From the human T2T-CHM13v2.0 reference genome, Homo sapiens: DNA of 64,000 nucleotides. The notes under the pieces are model-generated. The model worked only from the letters and a program-made list of their open reading frames with translations. It was not told where the DNA came from and ran no database searches. This document shows, in pieces, positions 36,373 through 50,942 of this stretch; within the stretch, counting starts at the first letter, position 1; every line of letters begins with the position of its first letter. The DNA lies in NCBI RefSeq assembly GCF_009914755.1, contig NC_060932.1; one strand, given 5' to 3'. A program made the translations under genes and the position numbers.

Positions 36373-37934
36373 TATGTCTTCTAATTCTCAGTTAACCTTG
36401 AAAGGCACATTATTCACATTTTGGCAAATAGAATCCTGAGGCTGAGAGAAGTAACTTGGCCAAGGTGGTCACATAGTAATCATTGAGTCAGATTTTGAAA
36501 CCCAGTCTATGCGAAAGGTATCCTGGGCTCTTATTTTTCTACAATACATTCCTTCTCTGGGTAATAATTTTTATCAAATTCCTAAGGTTTTGTAGTATAA
36601 TATTAAATTTGCTTCTGCATGTCTGCTCTCTAAAGCATTTAGCTTTCTCCCTCACCAAAAATACAGAACAAGACATTTCTGCTGTCAATGTTATAGGATC
36701 TAAAACTCCATCCCTAGATCTGATATTTGAGAGATCTGCACCAAACGACACATTATTTATTTACTTGTTTCCTTTGGGGTTGCTAAAGAAATGTTTCTAG
36801 TCTGTATTATAATAGTTCCCTGCAAAAATGTCTTAAGTGAGTTATGATTCAATATGAAGTGCTCGCTTTTATAGAGAATCGGTATTAAAAGGTCTATTTG
36901 TCTATATCTTTTGAAACTTACTGGGTTGTTTGTTGTTCCTTGTAAAATAGAATTTTCATGCAATAAATTTCACACTGAATTTAATGCCAGAAAAAAATAT
37001 TTTCAATATCTATTCAGGCATAATTCTATGTTTTTTTGTTTGTTTGTTTATATTTTTGTCAAATATCAAGAGAATAGGAGACCTTAACAGTTACTTTTTT
37101 GCTTTGGTTTCTAGGAATCTTGGAGTTAAATCTCATGTTTATTTGTGGTCATTCAATCATTCCAGATACTAAAATATTTATTTCTGATTTTTTCTTTTTT
37201 AAAATCCATTTTTTCTTTTTCTCCAACAGTTTTTTTCTTTTTCTTGTCTCTACATTTCCATTTTAGGATACATTTTTATTATTATTGACTACCTCAAATT
37301 TGCCTTCATTTATTTCACAAATGCTTATTCATTGCCTCCTTTGCATACCATACTTGCCTGAAAGAAGGTAAGCTGCAAGCTATAAATTCCTAACTGAGCC
37401 TTTGCTTGTAACTCATGAATACTATTTTCTTTCAAAATGGCCCTACAAATCTCTACCAAATAACTTATTCCAGAATTAGATGAAGATCAACAGTAAACCC
37501 AATATTTTCCAAAATTTACATTCTTTCTTCTGTTTTAAAAACCAAAATATTAGCCCCACCATTCTAGCCTTCTGACAGAAAGCACGTAGCAGTCACAAAT
37601 TTCAGGTGCTATTAATAGGACCAAACCTAGAGAAAATTGTGGAGGGAGTAGCGTTTTGACAGCAGCATTTCTGCTGCCATCTCTTTTGCAATTGGGGCTT
37701 TGCTCTGGGTTCCCGAACACTGAGTACTTCTGGGCCCTCTTTTCACCCACTTCTAGCTACCAACCCTCTTCTCAAAGGATATCACAGACATCATTATAGC
37801 TTTGTGTGGATGCCACTCTTTTCTCCCCCAGGGGGAATGGCATCTTCGCCCTTATAGCAAATTAGGAAATGAAGGGCTTCATCCCCATTAGAGGAAACGT
37901 ATACGCTGTTGAATAGGTTTTAAGAAGGGGGAGG

Positions 37935-38240
<306 letters not shown>

Positions 38241-39825
38241 TGGGGAGGGAGGGTGAAAAGCAAGACCTGAGGGCCTTGGAGACAGTAAGAAGCTGGGGCC
38301 TTCCTGGTGTCTCTGAAGTGGCCGTGCAGTCAGCATCCATATGCCTGCTTGTCTTGCCCAGCAAAGCACCTGGCAGGTGCATGTCTCCATGGTGATGCAG
38401 CCCGTTCTGTCAAATATTACTGAGCTTTCAAAGGGTGGAAAAACCAGCTAAGCAGAAAATTTGAGCCTTTCTGCTAGACCAGGGAGGCTGAATTGGAATT
38501 TTGATTTTCTTGCCCCCCGCCCACCGTTAGAAATGGTTGACCCCATCATCTAGGATAGCCTGAGCTTTCTGCCCTTTCAAGCTGAAAAGAGAGACCAGCA
38601 ACGGCCCATATACCTAAAGAATCTGTTTGGCTCCTCCATGACATTCCCCTCCCTCACACCTGGGGTTTCCCCCTCTGCCCACAGTCTGTTCTTGGAGGAG
38701 GCTCCTGATGCAGTCCTCTCCGGCCTCACAGAGGGAAATCATGTGCAGTGATTCACAGACATTATGGTTCACAAACCCCTTTCACATGCTCTGTGAGGTA
38801 GGTTTATGACCTCTGCATTCCTGCTGAGGAAACAAGCTCAGGAAAATTTAGTGGCTTGTATAAGATTTACAAAAAATGAGAAAGCAGAGCTGGGACTAAG
38901 AGGTCATAGCTCTCACTCCAAGACAAGAGTTATTTTCAGTTCTCTTCAGCGAATGTGTCTGCTGAGAGCCAAGCAGGTTGGCCTCCTCTCGGAAGCCTCC
39001 TGCTAGCAGATGCTCGGCCCCCTTCCCTTCATTCCCCCAGCGCTTTGCTCACACCTCTCACGCTCTAGGCGGCTGTTGATGTGACTCTGTTCCTAGGCTG
39101 TGAGTCTGTCAATGGCAGGGACAATGTCTGATTCAACTCCAACTACCACATGCCTACCACCATAAATGTCAAATGAAGGAATGAACTCGGGGCTAGACCC
39201 TTACTGCTGTCATACCAGCATAAGGAGAGTACTCTAGTCCTTGTGGCACTCCGTATAGAAAAAAAACAACAACATCATTTTCTTGACACATTATCCCCAC
39301 TGCACACTTGCTGTGTTCAATGAAAAAAGAAGCAGGCTTTAGGTGTTGTAGGACATTTTAGTGGGAAAGATTTAATGCCCTGGAATAATATCTGCCTCAT
39401 CAAGTTCACATCAGAAAATCAGACAAACCAGAATATGGTCTTTTTTCTGTTTTTGTCTTAACGGCTTTGGAATTGTGGTCAGTGGAAACAGCATAGTTTG
39501 TAGTAAAAATATTCCTGGCTAGCCAAGTGACACATCTGGTTAGTCAAGGACAAGGAAGAGAACAAACTCTTTCATTCCTCAGCAGCTCAGGAGAAGGCAT
39601 CTGGGTGGGTCTGCCCATGAGAATGTTTGTGAAGTGTCATTTGAGAAACTCTAGCAGAGCAAGGATGATGAATTTCATAACTGAAATCAGGAATCAGGTC
39701 CAGAATAAAGTTTGGACAATTTTATAAAATTGTGGAGTAGACGAGATCCTACATGAGGACAATTATTCTATCCCTCCCCTGCTCTTTAGGACAAGACTGA
39801 AATTATCCTAGAAAATTTACTCACT

Positions 39826-39980
39826 TTAAAAATCTCTAGAATAGGAATTTCTTAAAACTTTCCTGGATGAGCCTTTTAAATACCTCACAAACTTTATGGG
39901 AAGAAAAGTTTTCCTTCTTTCTAACCCAAATCCTTCTTGCTGAAATTCAAATCCATTCCCTCTTGTTTGAGGATCAGCCA
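39826..39980 (-). mobile_element. L3/CR1 LINE ORF2 C-terminal fossil
   Basis: Minus ORF reads QTRGNGFEFQQEGFGLERRKTFL, resembling the CR1 motif RTRGNGLKLQQGRFRLDIRKNFL. Confidence 0.7.
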
Positions 39981-40318
39981 AGGATTTAATGCCTTGATCA
40001 ATTTGCATCAAAACATGCAATAAACTTATTGGTTTTTTAAGACGTGTAAAGTACACCTGTTAGCACTCCTTGTTGCAAATAAATACCCAACTCACAGTAA
40101 CTAAAACCATAAAAGAAACTCTTTGATACCCATAAGTGAAAAATACAGAAGTAAGCTGAGCCTTGGCATCTTAATAATGTCAATAAGGGCCTGTCTTATT
40201 TCCTATTATCTGCTCTGCTTACCATAGTGTCAGAGTCATCCTGAAGCTATTTCCCTCATAGTGGCAAAATAGCTGCAGCAGTTCCACACCTCACAGGCTT
40301 ATACCACACCATCCCTTC

Positions 40319-40743
40319 TGCGATAGTGTGGATGTTTGTCCCCTCCAAGCCTCATGTTGAAATTTGATCCACAATGCTAGAGGTGGGGGCTAATAGGAGG
40401 TGCTGCAATCATGGGGGCAGATCCCTTATGAATAGATTAATGCCCTCCCTCAAGGGCAAGTGTATTCTTACTCTATTAGTTCCCTCAAGAGCTGGTTGTT
40501 TAAAAAGGACCCAGCACCTCCCCATATTCTCTCTTATTTCCTCTCTCATTATGAGATCTCTGCACAGGCCAGGTCCCCTTTACCTTCCAACATGAGTAGA
40601 AGCTGCCTGAGGCCCTCGTCATATGCCCATGCCCAATCTTTAATTTTCCAGCCATCAGAATCATAAACCAAATAAACCTTTTTTTCTATATAAATTACCT
40701 AGCCTCAAATACTCTGTTATCACAACACAAATGGACTAAGACA
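40319..40743 (+). mobile_element. MSTB1-like solo LTR with perfect TSD (CCTTC), nested in an older MLT1 (minus, ~40055-40980)
   Basis: CCTTC at 40314-40318 and 40744-40748; ends GGACTAAGACA. Confidence 0.88.
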
Positions 40744-43021
40744 CCTTCTAAGCAACAGGTGCTAAAACTCCCCCGATGAGACTTGCTTGGGTTATGTACC
40801 CACACTTGACCCAGGAAATGTAATATACCCGATTGGTTTGATTTAATCAGGGCTCACCCTGGACCTGGTAATAGGGGGTCAGCTTTCCAGCAGCACTTGG
40901 GCTTAGTGGGAAAGAAGACGAAAATGGAATTGAAATCTTGGTACTGTTGCAAAGGGGATGGGTAAGATGGACAATTGAATACTCGGTAATTGTGCAAACA
41001 GAAATGCACCTAAGGTTAAAAAGCATGGTATGATTTGTTTTGCATATAAGACATCTCCCCAGACCTGTGGCTTGTCCACTTAGAGATGGGTTTTATAATC
41101 CTCATGTATCAGTGTTTCCTACCCTTCCCTGATGATGAGAATCACTTGGAGCATTTGTTAAAGCCATAGCTTCTTAGGTTCCTCCCTTGGAGCTTCTATT
41201 CGATGGGTCTTGGATAGGGCCTGGGAATTTTTAATTGGAAACATTCTCCAAGTGATGCTTATGAGACAACGTCCCATACACAACCAACTCCAGTGCATGC
41301 TCTTTCTACTCCTAAAAGCAGGCAGGTACACTGTGGCTGCAAAGATCTTTGGGATGAGGAGGGGCATGCTCAAATCATGACAGTTCAGTCTAAAAAAGAC
41401 TTTAGGAAGGTCTTTTCAGACTTGGTCATTGTGAGTATTGGTCTGAGTCTGTAAGTGGTGAAGAAAACAATTGCTAATCCTTATTGAGTACTTAATCTGT
41501 GAAGGATGCTGAGCTGAGTGCTTTGCATGAATTATCTTCTGTAACTGATGCATTTCCTTTTCTGGAGGATTTTTAGGTAAAGCAGGGACTCTCAACCTTC
41601 TAAAACATTCTTATTAAGCACTGACACCCTTATCATGTATAAAAATCAAAATCTCCCACAATAACCATTTACATATCCATTATTGAGAAAATATATAATA
41701 TCAAGAAGTGACTTTTGTCAAAGTTTTCTTTTGTTGAAATTATGGAAACCAGCATGAGCTACCATGATCAATTTTTAATGTATTGGAAAGACTTCTAGGA
41801 TACTCAGAGGCAATTCTGGGAGGTAAAAAGCCAGAGCTGGAGAGCAGTTAGAGTCTGACTGTGCATTGCCTCAGTTTCTACTTCATGTACTTGCAACACT
41901 CTTTTCCCCCTGCATCCCCACTTCCCATGCTGAAATTGGGGTGAGCAGGAGGTGGTGCCATCCCGCAGTTCCCAGTTACATATTATCACAGGGCCACTCA
42001 CCTGCACCCAAAAGCTATCTTTGAATTCCAATTTCAAGTTTCTAAAAGGGAGGCTGTAGTTGGCTGAGATTAGGCAAGGCGTCTGCCTTGGATCCAATTC
42101 ACTGAGACTGGGGAGAAGGGGCTCATGTGGCAAAAACATGGGCCAGGAACCAGGGGCCAGTTTCTATTGGGGGGACGAGCTTAGTTCTCACAGAAAAGAA
42201 GTCTTTGAAAGCTGAAGAGAAGCCTCCCACAAGGCTATTGATACAATGAGAGTGAATCAATAGCTCTTGGATTTTTATTTTATTCATCCCAGAAGCATCT
42301 GGAAACATTTGAAAAATTGTGGTGCTGGATGTGCTCGTGGCTTCCTAGACCTACTGCAGTAACCCTTCAGCCCTCCCAGGGTCCAAGGCCAGCACGTGGG
42401 AGCCAGCGTGTTAGAGGAACAGGAATAAACCAGGTGATTCTTAGGAGTCCTTGACCTCTCTGGTTACATCCTTGGAAAGAAATGGGGCAGATAATGCTTC
42501 ACCTGCTAGAAGTGATTGGATGAAGGGCAACAGATTTCCTCCCTGGCCTCTCCCAGGGCCCTCCCAAAGGCCTACCTCCTCCCTCCCTGGCCTGCCTCAG
42601 AGCAGGCCCAGCCACTGAGCCTGCCTAGCTGGTAGTAACATTTCAGTCTCACTGGCAGCTGACTGCCCACTTCCTGGCAGCTCCAAACTGCAGGAGACTA
42701 ATAAAACAAGACCTAACGAATGGATGGCACTGCAGTAATAGTGAACGCTCAGATTTATTCTTGTTAATAATTTCAGTGGAGTAGGCCAAAGGGACTCTCA
42801 TCAGTATAACTAGGAGATAAAATTCTGATGAATGAAGCAATACCTTGTTGCTTAAGGAATAGTGCATAATTAAGAGGATTGTTGACCCTAATTGAAATGA
42901 TGTTGCCAAGGTAAGCCAAATAGCACTTCTGGACCAGAGAGGGAGTTTTCTGCCCAGGACAGACTCTCCTACAAGCAGAGCAGCTAACTTTGATTCTGGT
43001 AACGTTAAGAAATGAGCTTTG

Positions 43022-43382
<361 letters not shown>

Positions 43383-43529
43383 CTAAGATGTACTGATTTT
43401 TTTCCACCATGAGGACTTTGACGTATCTTTTAGAAATATCTAATTCTTTTAAAGGTCTGGGGCACATCTTAAGCATATTTCAGGGCTCCTCTTGGGTAAA
43501 CTGTGATGAGTCAGAGAAAGAGGCAGGAC

Positions 43530-43720
43530 CGACAACCAACACACCTGAGTTCCAACCCTGGCTCTGCGTCTCAAGCAGCTCTGGAACCTTGGGCAAGTCA
43601 CTTAACCTTTCTGGCTCTCAGAAAAGTCATTTGGAAAATGGTGGTTCCTCAATAGGCAGCAGTAAGAATCAAATGAAATGTCAAAGTGCTTTGTAAACTT
43701 AGAAACACTGTACAAATATA
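43530..43720 (+). mobile_element. MIR SINE
   Basis: ACCTTGGGCAAGTCACTTAACCTTTCTGGCTCTCAG. Confidence 0.75.
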
Positions 43721-45344
43721 AAAGGAAGGCCCTGTCACTGGAGCATTCATTATGCAAGGGCCTGAAATATGGTATGGCACAAGATGGTGAAGGTTTCATA
43801 TCGCAAAAATACTCACACATTGGTCCCTACTCCAAACCTCCTTTCAATTAACACAAGCACTCCTTCTTGCCAGAAGCACAGGTCTGTACCTTCCTGATGG
43901 TCTGATACCCACAATATCTGACCTTATTTGCAAATGCTGTGCAAATATATGGCAAAATGAAATTGCAAATCTGGTAATTAATGAGGGATTTCATGAGGTC
44001 AGTGAAAGTGATGTTGGAGGCTGCATTAATTCAGGCAGCTAAGCCACTGACCAAGAAGTATGGGCAGAGGTAGCCAATTCCCAAATAATGAAAGAAAAAA
44101 AGTAAGGTTAGTGATGCTTCAAAAAAAAATGATTTTAATGTCAAAGACTTAAAAGAAGCTCTTGCAGAAAATGATAAAAATTCAAAAATACTTGAATTTT
44201 ATAAAAATTATTCTTTCAGGGATTGTGCTACAAAAGTTAAATGCGAAGAATTTGGTATAGACAATCATAATTTTGTTGGAAAATTTTCACATATAAAGTT
44301 TATTGTATTCATTCTTTAAGAATTAGCTGATAGTTGATATTACAACTTAAATTTTGTTCAACATAAAATAAGCTTATTTTATAGTTTTTAGTTTTATTTT
44401 CTAGGCAAAATCATAAACAAAACATTTGTTGTGCTTGTTTGTTTATTTTTTGCTTTTGGGTTTTGTCGTTGTTTTCGCTATTTACCACAGTCTTTTTGGT
44501 CAATGTTTTAGGTGGAATCACTTCCGATGTGAAGCAGTCTCAGATAATGAGGAACTTTTATAGTTATTTAATTATTATTGCTGATTTTATTATTTCCCAG
44601 TACCCTTCAATGGAAATGGTGTTGACAGTCTCCTCAAGCCCAAGAGAGGGAAAGGAGTGAACTCCCAAGCCTTTTGGAAATGGGAAGGTACAAGAGCTGC
44701 TCTTTCAGAGAGAAAGCCAACATGGCTTGGAAACCATACAGTGAGAAATGAGCCCAATTTTCTAGGCAGGTCTGAATTTTCTAGGCAGCCCAATTTTCTT
44801 GGCATGCCAGGCCGGTGCAGTGTGTTGTGGGAGAGGAGCATGGCAGAGACTGGACTGCAGGGCCTCTGTACCTCACCGACCACAGGCTGGACTAGGCCAC
44901 TCCGACTTGCCAGGCACAACGCACATCCCCGTCCTCTCCAATGGCTCCATTTCTCCCTCCCCAAAACTGAGGGGGACCAAACCTTAATCAAAAGAGTTGA
45001 AGTTTCAGAACACCCTTGATAGAACCTTCACAGAGAACACAGATGCTGTTGTCAGTGCCCTTAGAAACAATAGGGCCCACCTTACCAGCAGGTTGCTTGA
45101 GGAATTCAACATGCCAGAGTCCTTTGTACTCTGTCCCTCCAGGTGCTGGGCCACCATTCAGAGAAAATGGGCAGCTGGAAGATAAGATTGCAGGGTGCTG
45201 CTAGGCAGACCTGGGTTCAAATCATAATTCTGCCACCTTACTTGTTATGCAACCTCAGGTAAGTTACCCAAACCGTCTAAGCTTGTTTTCCCTTCTGTAA
45301 AATGGAAAAGGGTTCCCTATAGGTCTACCTCATGGAGCTTGGGG

Positions 45345-45750
45345 TGTGTCCTAGGTCAGATTCCTCAGAAGAAGATCCTGAGATGAGGATTCAAATGCAT
45401 GGGGTTTATTTAGGACATGCTCCTGCTAAGGGAGTTGGGGAAGTGGGCAGGGACCGAATGAAACCAAGCACGATACAGCTTCCCAGCCTGAGGCCACGGG
45501 GCACTCTGGAGAATGTTATTCCTCAGAGTTTGTCCTGACTCACACAAGCGAGCTTGGCTTCCAAACTCCTGCACTGGTCGTTTATTGGCTGACGGCTAGG
45601 ATGACCCAGATACTCTGGCTGGCTGGCTGCATGGTGGGCAAAGAGGCCCAAGAAGCGCTCAAACAAAATCACAGGTGTGAACCATTAGGAGCATTATTAT
45701 GGTAAAAAAGACCCAAGGATCTGGGCAGAGCAGGAATGGTGTCTGCTACA
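45345..45750 (-). mobile_element. LTR16-like ERVL LTR inserted in a MIR (MIR ~45190-45340 and 45750-45840)
   Basis: TGTCCTAGGTCAGATTCCTCAGAAG...CCTGAGATGAGGATT...TTTATT ... TCTGCTACA. Confidence 0.7.
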
Positions 45751-46251
45751 GCACTGGTTAAATGACATAATGGTAAACCACTCAGCACAGTGCCTAGTGC
45801 AGAGGAGGCATGGCATGTGTGCCATGCCAGCTCTTATTGCTGCTGGAATTATTAATAATACGATTGTCATCCTTCTAGGCCCTCTGCATCAGGGAATCTG
45901 TACTATGGGCCACAGCCAAGGAGCTGGCAGTCGAAGCCTCCACGTGGGTAGATCGCACACTTTAACGGACAGCAAAGAAGGGGCACTAACATTTATTGAA
46001 CACTTACTGTTCAAATGTCAGGCACTGTGCTGAGCACTTTACAAGAGCTGTCTTATCTAATCCTTATAACAGCCCCATAAGATGGAATTATTATTTTTAT
46101 TGTTATAGCTAAAGAAACTCATCCAGAAAATCAAAATAAATTGCCCAAACACAGCTAAAAAGCAATAGAGCCAGGATTCAACTGCAGTCATGTCTAGGTT
46201 CTAAAGCAATATTCCTTCTGCATAAGCTTCAGAGGCTGCCTCTAAAAGATG

Positions 46252-46640
46252 ATGTGGCAGAGCCTGCCTGTTGCCTGCCCAGCATATTCTGCACAGCAAT
46301 GTGCCTAGCTCAAATAATACATACATCAGCTTCCCTTGCAATTAAGGATGGCCAATAAAAGAAAGTAAAGTCATCTGGTGGGGCTCCTTTAAATAAAATG
46401 GATTCCATCAGGAGGCATTCTTTTTGTTCTTCCCCATCCTTCTCCTGCTTAGAAGACAGATGTGATGGCTGGTGCACCAAAAGCCATCATGGGCCATGGA
46501 AGCTAGAAACCTATGGATGAGGTCTGAATTTATCTAAGACTTATTTATATGAGAGAAAACAAACCTTTATATTACTATTACTTAAGCCTATTATTTCTGG
46601 TTTCTGCTTCTAGCAGCTAGACCTAATCCTAACAGACACA
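46252..46640 (+). mobile_element. MLT1I/J-like LTR remnant
   Basis: TGTGGCAGAG start, GATGTGATGGCTGGTGCACCAAAAGCCATC, CCTAATCCTAACAGACACA end. Confidence 0.6.
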
Positions 46641-49600
46641 GATCACATGATATTTATGATCTCCTTTAAGGACTTTACTATCTTGAATCAAAGTAAATTA
46701 TCCACTTGCCCCTGGCCCTCTGTCCTGGAAACATGTTGATGTATCTCCATGCTACAAAATTGAACCCATAACGTCCCAACGTGTTGCTTTATAAACATCA
46801 ACAGATAATAACAATAATAAACTATGAGTGGTCTGGGCTTTCAGAATTTCCAGGGCAGGTATGATTTCTTACCTTTTGAAACTGAAGAAACTGGGACACA
46901 TGCTGAGAGACAAAGCCCTGATCTGACAGTGTTCTCTGAGACCCCGGAATCACTACGACTGGCACTTTGACATCCATGCCTCCCCACACATTCCTCAAAG
47001 GAGCTGCGCCTGCCTTCTCATCTGGGAAGCAATGGCATTTTGCCCTGTATCTTGTAGCCCTTTAAGTGTCCCACTATTCGGTGACTTGTTTTTCTAACTG
47101 CAGTCCCAGGAAACAGTGCATGACTGAAAGCCTGACAAGGACTTCAATCTATTTCTTGCCACTTGCAGGAAGAGTTGATGAGAAGCTTCAATCGATAGCA
47201 GAATCTCCCAGTCTGGAGCACAGCAGAGGACTTACATAGCCAGGGATGGTTTGTCAAAGCAAATTTCACATGCAACTGATTCCATCACCCTGGGACTCTG
47301 GCGGAATAAATAATCACCATACACATTTTGTTAGCTATGCCTCGTTAGAGATGGATTTTAGGAAGTGGCATCCTGAAGGCTGCTTATCTGTCAGTGCTCC
47401 TTTAAGCATGGTAAGCTTTCCAGATTGGCTTTTCTAGAAAATTAGACCATTGCCATGGCCAGGTGCCACCTGTCATGGTTACTGGCATTGTGGGAGCCAA
47501 AGGGAGGGATATAAAGGCCTGAGCTCACCTTCAGAAAAAGTGCTGGCAGAATGCTGGGAAGACATTTCCTTGCAGAGTGAAAACTTGATCAGATCTCTTG
47601 CCAAGAAGGCTCTTGACTTGAGCATCAAAGAATTCCAGCTTCAAGTCACAGTGTATTTCTACAACTGTCTCCCACATCTCTCTTACCACACTTATTCTAT
47701 CTTGAGTTGGATCCCACTGAATGGAATGTTGGATGGACCATCCCTATGATTCTGCCCGGTTTTCTGTGTTTCTATGATTACAAGGGATGTGGCCTGGCCA
47801 CCATGGATGTTCCAATTGCATGTGATGTTCCAATTGCATTGAATTTGCGTACCAAGTGTATTGTGTACCAGGTGCTGTATTTTGTCTGGGAAATAGAGGG
47901 CTCAGTGACCAGTCCCTGTCCTTGAGTGGTGGGACCCTAGGGACAACAGGGCCCCTAACAACATCCATTCACACAAAGGTCCCAGGGTGTGGTTTGGGGA
48001 TTTTATTTTTAATCTAATTTGGCACCTAGCATATCATGGAGCCACAATCTGCATTCTTAATTTTAAAGCCTATATCTCTTTTATCTCTGTGTACTCCTTA
48101 ACATTTTTTCTGCTCTAATTCTTATATCTTATACAGTCTTGTTTCCGAGGCCACACAAGCCTCAAGAAAAATAAAGCTCTGGGACTAATTAATAAGGTTG
48201 CTGACTCTGGACTCCACCCAATTTTGTTAACAGGCTAACTACCCCTTACCTCACATTCATGTCACATGCCCCACATCTACTTTGTGTCACACGGACACCT
48301 CTGTAGGCCCTAAACCACTCCTATATCATGTCAACCATATTTAAATATGCCCATAGCCTTCATTTAGAGACACATAGGCAGAAGAAGAGAGTTACAGAGT
48401 TCTATACATACTTATCTATATTATATATTATTCTACATTGTTTTGCTATAAATTTTTTGAAAGGATGTTCAATTTTCATACATTTGAGTTTGTGAAGAAT
48501 AAATTATTTTATTTTTATGATCCAAGCATTTCATATTTACCTATAGCTATATGAGACCTATACATAATCCATTATTACATGAATGGCCTAATGTTACATT
48601 TTGAAAACACCTAATTATTCATTTATTAATTTTGGCTTTGAAATTTTCTTTATGTATTAATAGTTAATAAATATTTTTACAATACCTGAAAAATTTATAG
48701 GCATCTGATATGTTGACCTACGAATAAACAACTCTGTTCTTCTCCCTCTACTCCCAGCATTACCTCAGTCAATCCCAAATTCCCTTTGTAATGGATCCCA
48801 AAAACTTCCTGCTCCCATATCCTTGCAACTAGCTAGATATTGCTCCTGGGTTCCTATTTCTGTTGCACTGGGTTCAGTGGTTACTTGAGATGACCACACC
48901 CCCAGTGAGCTCTTTATTCTCTTAAGGAGTAAGGCTCCCTCTTACGGAGTTTCTATCAAGTTTCCTAACCATTAGGCCACAAGATTACTCTTGTGGCTTC
49001 TCCATGTGCCATTTTACCCCCTGCCATAGAACATGTGTCTCAAAAGGGACACCAGGACCTAACTCTCCCCTACACTGGGATGAATTCCTGACCCCCACAG
49101 GACAGCCTTCACCTCCTTACCTTGCATCATAAGTCAAGCCCAGCATCTCGTGGTCTGACTCCAAATACCAATGCACTTATTCTCCAAAGAGTCTGGAATC
49201 TTACAAATCTGTCTTGGCATCCCAGAGTGACCCCATACTCACCTTCTGATAACACTTTACACCCTCCAAAGAATCTTTATGCAAGATAAAAGATGTTTGA
49301 CTCAGAAAGATGTTCTCTCCTAAGGATATTTTGACTCCTAAGAATAATACCATTAAAACCAAAATTATGTCATAATGAATACATTTTTGTACTGAAAGGA
49401 TTTTCTGGAAAAAACTCCATTAAGTCCATTTGACTCCTTGATCAACCTTCTTAAAATAGCCTAGTTAAATCCTCTTTAATTTTTCCCATTTTCATTCATA
49501 TTTTATTTCACAGAAGTTATTTGATTGGGATTAATTTTTTCCTGTGTCAGTTTTATATAAAGCTTTGATGCATTACTCAATTGGTTTATTTATATCAAAT

Positions 49601-50084
49601 ATTATGGTTGTAACTTTTGCCCTTGAAAACTTACTATATAGACATTGTTCTACAAAGTTCAATATTCCCAAGTCAGACTGCACAGATTAGATTTTAACTA
49701 CTAAAGGCTTTAAATTCTGTTGATCATTTCTACCAGTGATATTCACTATATAAAAAAGCTGAGAATGGTGTCTCTTTCACAGCAAAGCTACACACTCATG
49801 TCCTTAGTTAGATCTTCCAGAGTAGGCCTTTCATTTATGGCTGGATTGTAGTACAGCGAGTGAATAAGGCATGAGCTCTGGAATTGAACTGTCTGGGTTA
49901 ACTTGGGCAAATATTTAATTTCTCAGTTTTCCCATTTGTGAACTGGGGTCAATATTAGTACCTAAACCACAGGGTTCTTGTGAGGATTAAAGCAGAATTC
50001 ACACAAAGTGCTTCACATAGTACATTGCATGCAGTGTAAGATGTGATAGCTCTTGTTATTACTCCAACCACCTTAAAAATTCTC

Positions 50085-50942
50085 TGTTATCTATTACTAC
50101 AGTTAACAAACCAGCCCAAAACCTGATGGCTTAAAATAACAGCAATTTATCACTCAATAATATTTAATTGTATGGGTACAACACATTTTGCTTATCTGTT
50201 CATCAGTTAATGGACATTTAGATTGTTTTCACCTTTTGGCTATAGTGAATAGTGCTTCTATGAACATTGCATACATGTATTTGAGTGCAAAAAGAAATGA
50301 AGTAGCGATATATGCTACAACATGGATGAACACTGAAGACATTATGCTAAGTGAAGGAAGCCAGTCACAAAAGTGTCTCCATAGAGACAGGAAGCAGATG
50401 GGTGGTTGCCAGGAGTTAGAGGGGGCAGGGAATGAGAAGTGACTGCTTACTGGATACAGGGTTTGCTTTTGGAGTGATGAAAACGTTTTAGAACTAGAAA
50501 GAGGTGGTGGTTGCACAACATTATAAAGATACTAAATGCCATGAATTGCATACCTTAAAATAGTGAATTTTCTGTTATGGTGTATTTCACCTCAATTTTA
50601 AAAATCATCATAACAGCAATTTATTATTTCTCGTGACTCTGTAGGACAGCTGGGAGGCTCTGCTGGCTTCACCTAGGCTCCATTCAGCAGGAGAATTGGC
50701 TGGGAGGGCAGGTCCTCTCTTTCACCTGGTCTCTCATCCTCAAGAAGGCCAGTTGGAGCTTCAAGCAAATCCCTGTGAGCAAGCACTTACCAAGTCTCTG
50801 CTTGGGTTATGTTAGCTGATGTCACATGGACCAAAACAGGACACATGGCTAGGCCCAGAGTCAGTGTGGAAGAACACTACACAAGGGCATGGTATCAGAA
50901 AGTATGATTCATTGGGGGCCATTATTGTGATAATCTCTACAA
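50085..50942 (-). mobile_element. Old MLT1 LTR interrupted by an L1
   Basis: GTTATCTATTACTACAGTTAACAAACCAGCCCAAAAC...GGCTTAAAA, resuming after 50610 (ATTTATTATTTCTCGTGACTCTG). Confidence 0.7.
50151..50609 (+). mobile_element. L1MB-like 3' fragment with 5' inversion and perfect 15-bp TSD
   Basis: About 50151-50288 is antisense L1 and about 50289-50605 is sense L1; ATAACAGCAATTTAT at 50136-50150 and 50610-50624. Confidence 0.85.

Noticed and set aside
43830-44560. AT-rich segment with a Tigger-like appearance
   Set aside because: Possibly an ancient TcMar-Tigger remnant, but I could not define TIRs or a family well enough to call it.
44744-44753. AGAAATGAGC, matching 10 bp of the AluYa5 expected TSD, as the end of a 3' transduction
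   Set aside because: Only 10 of 15 bases match, there is no preceding poly-A tail, and it is 1.4 kb away; probably chance.
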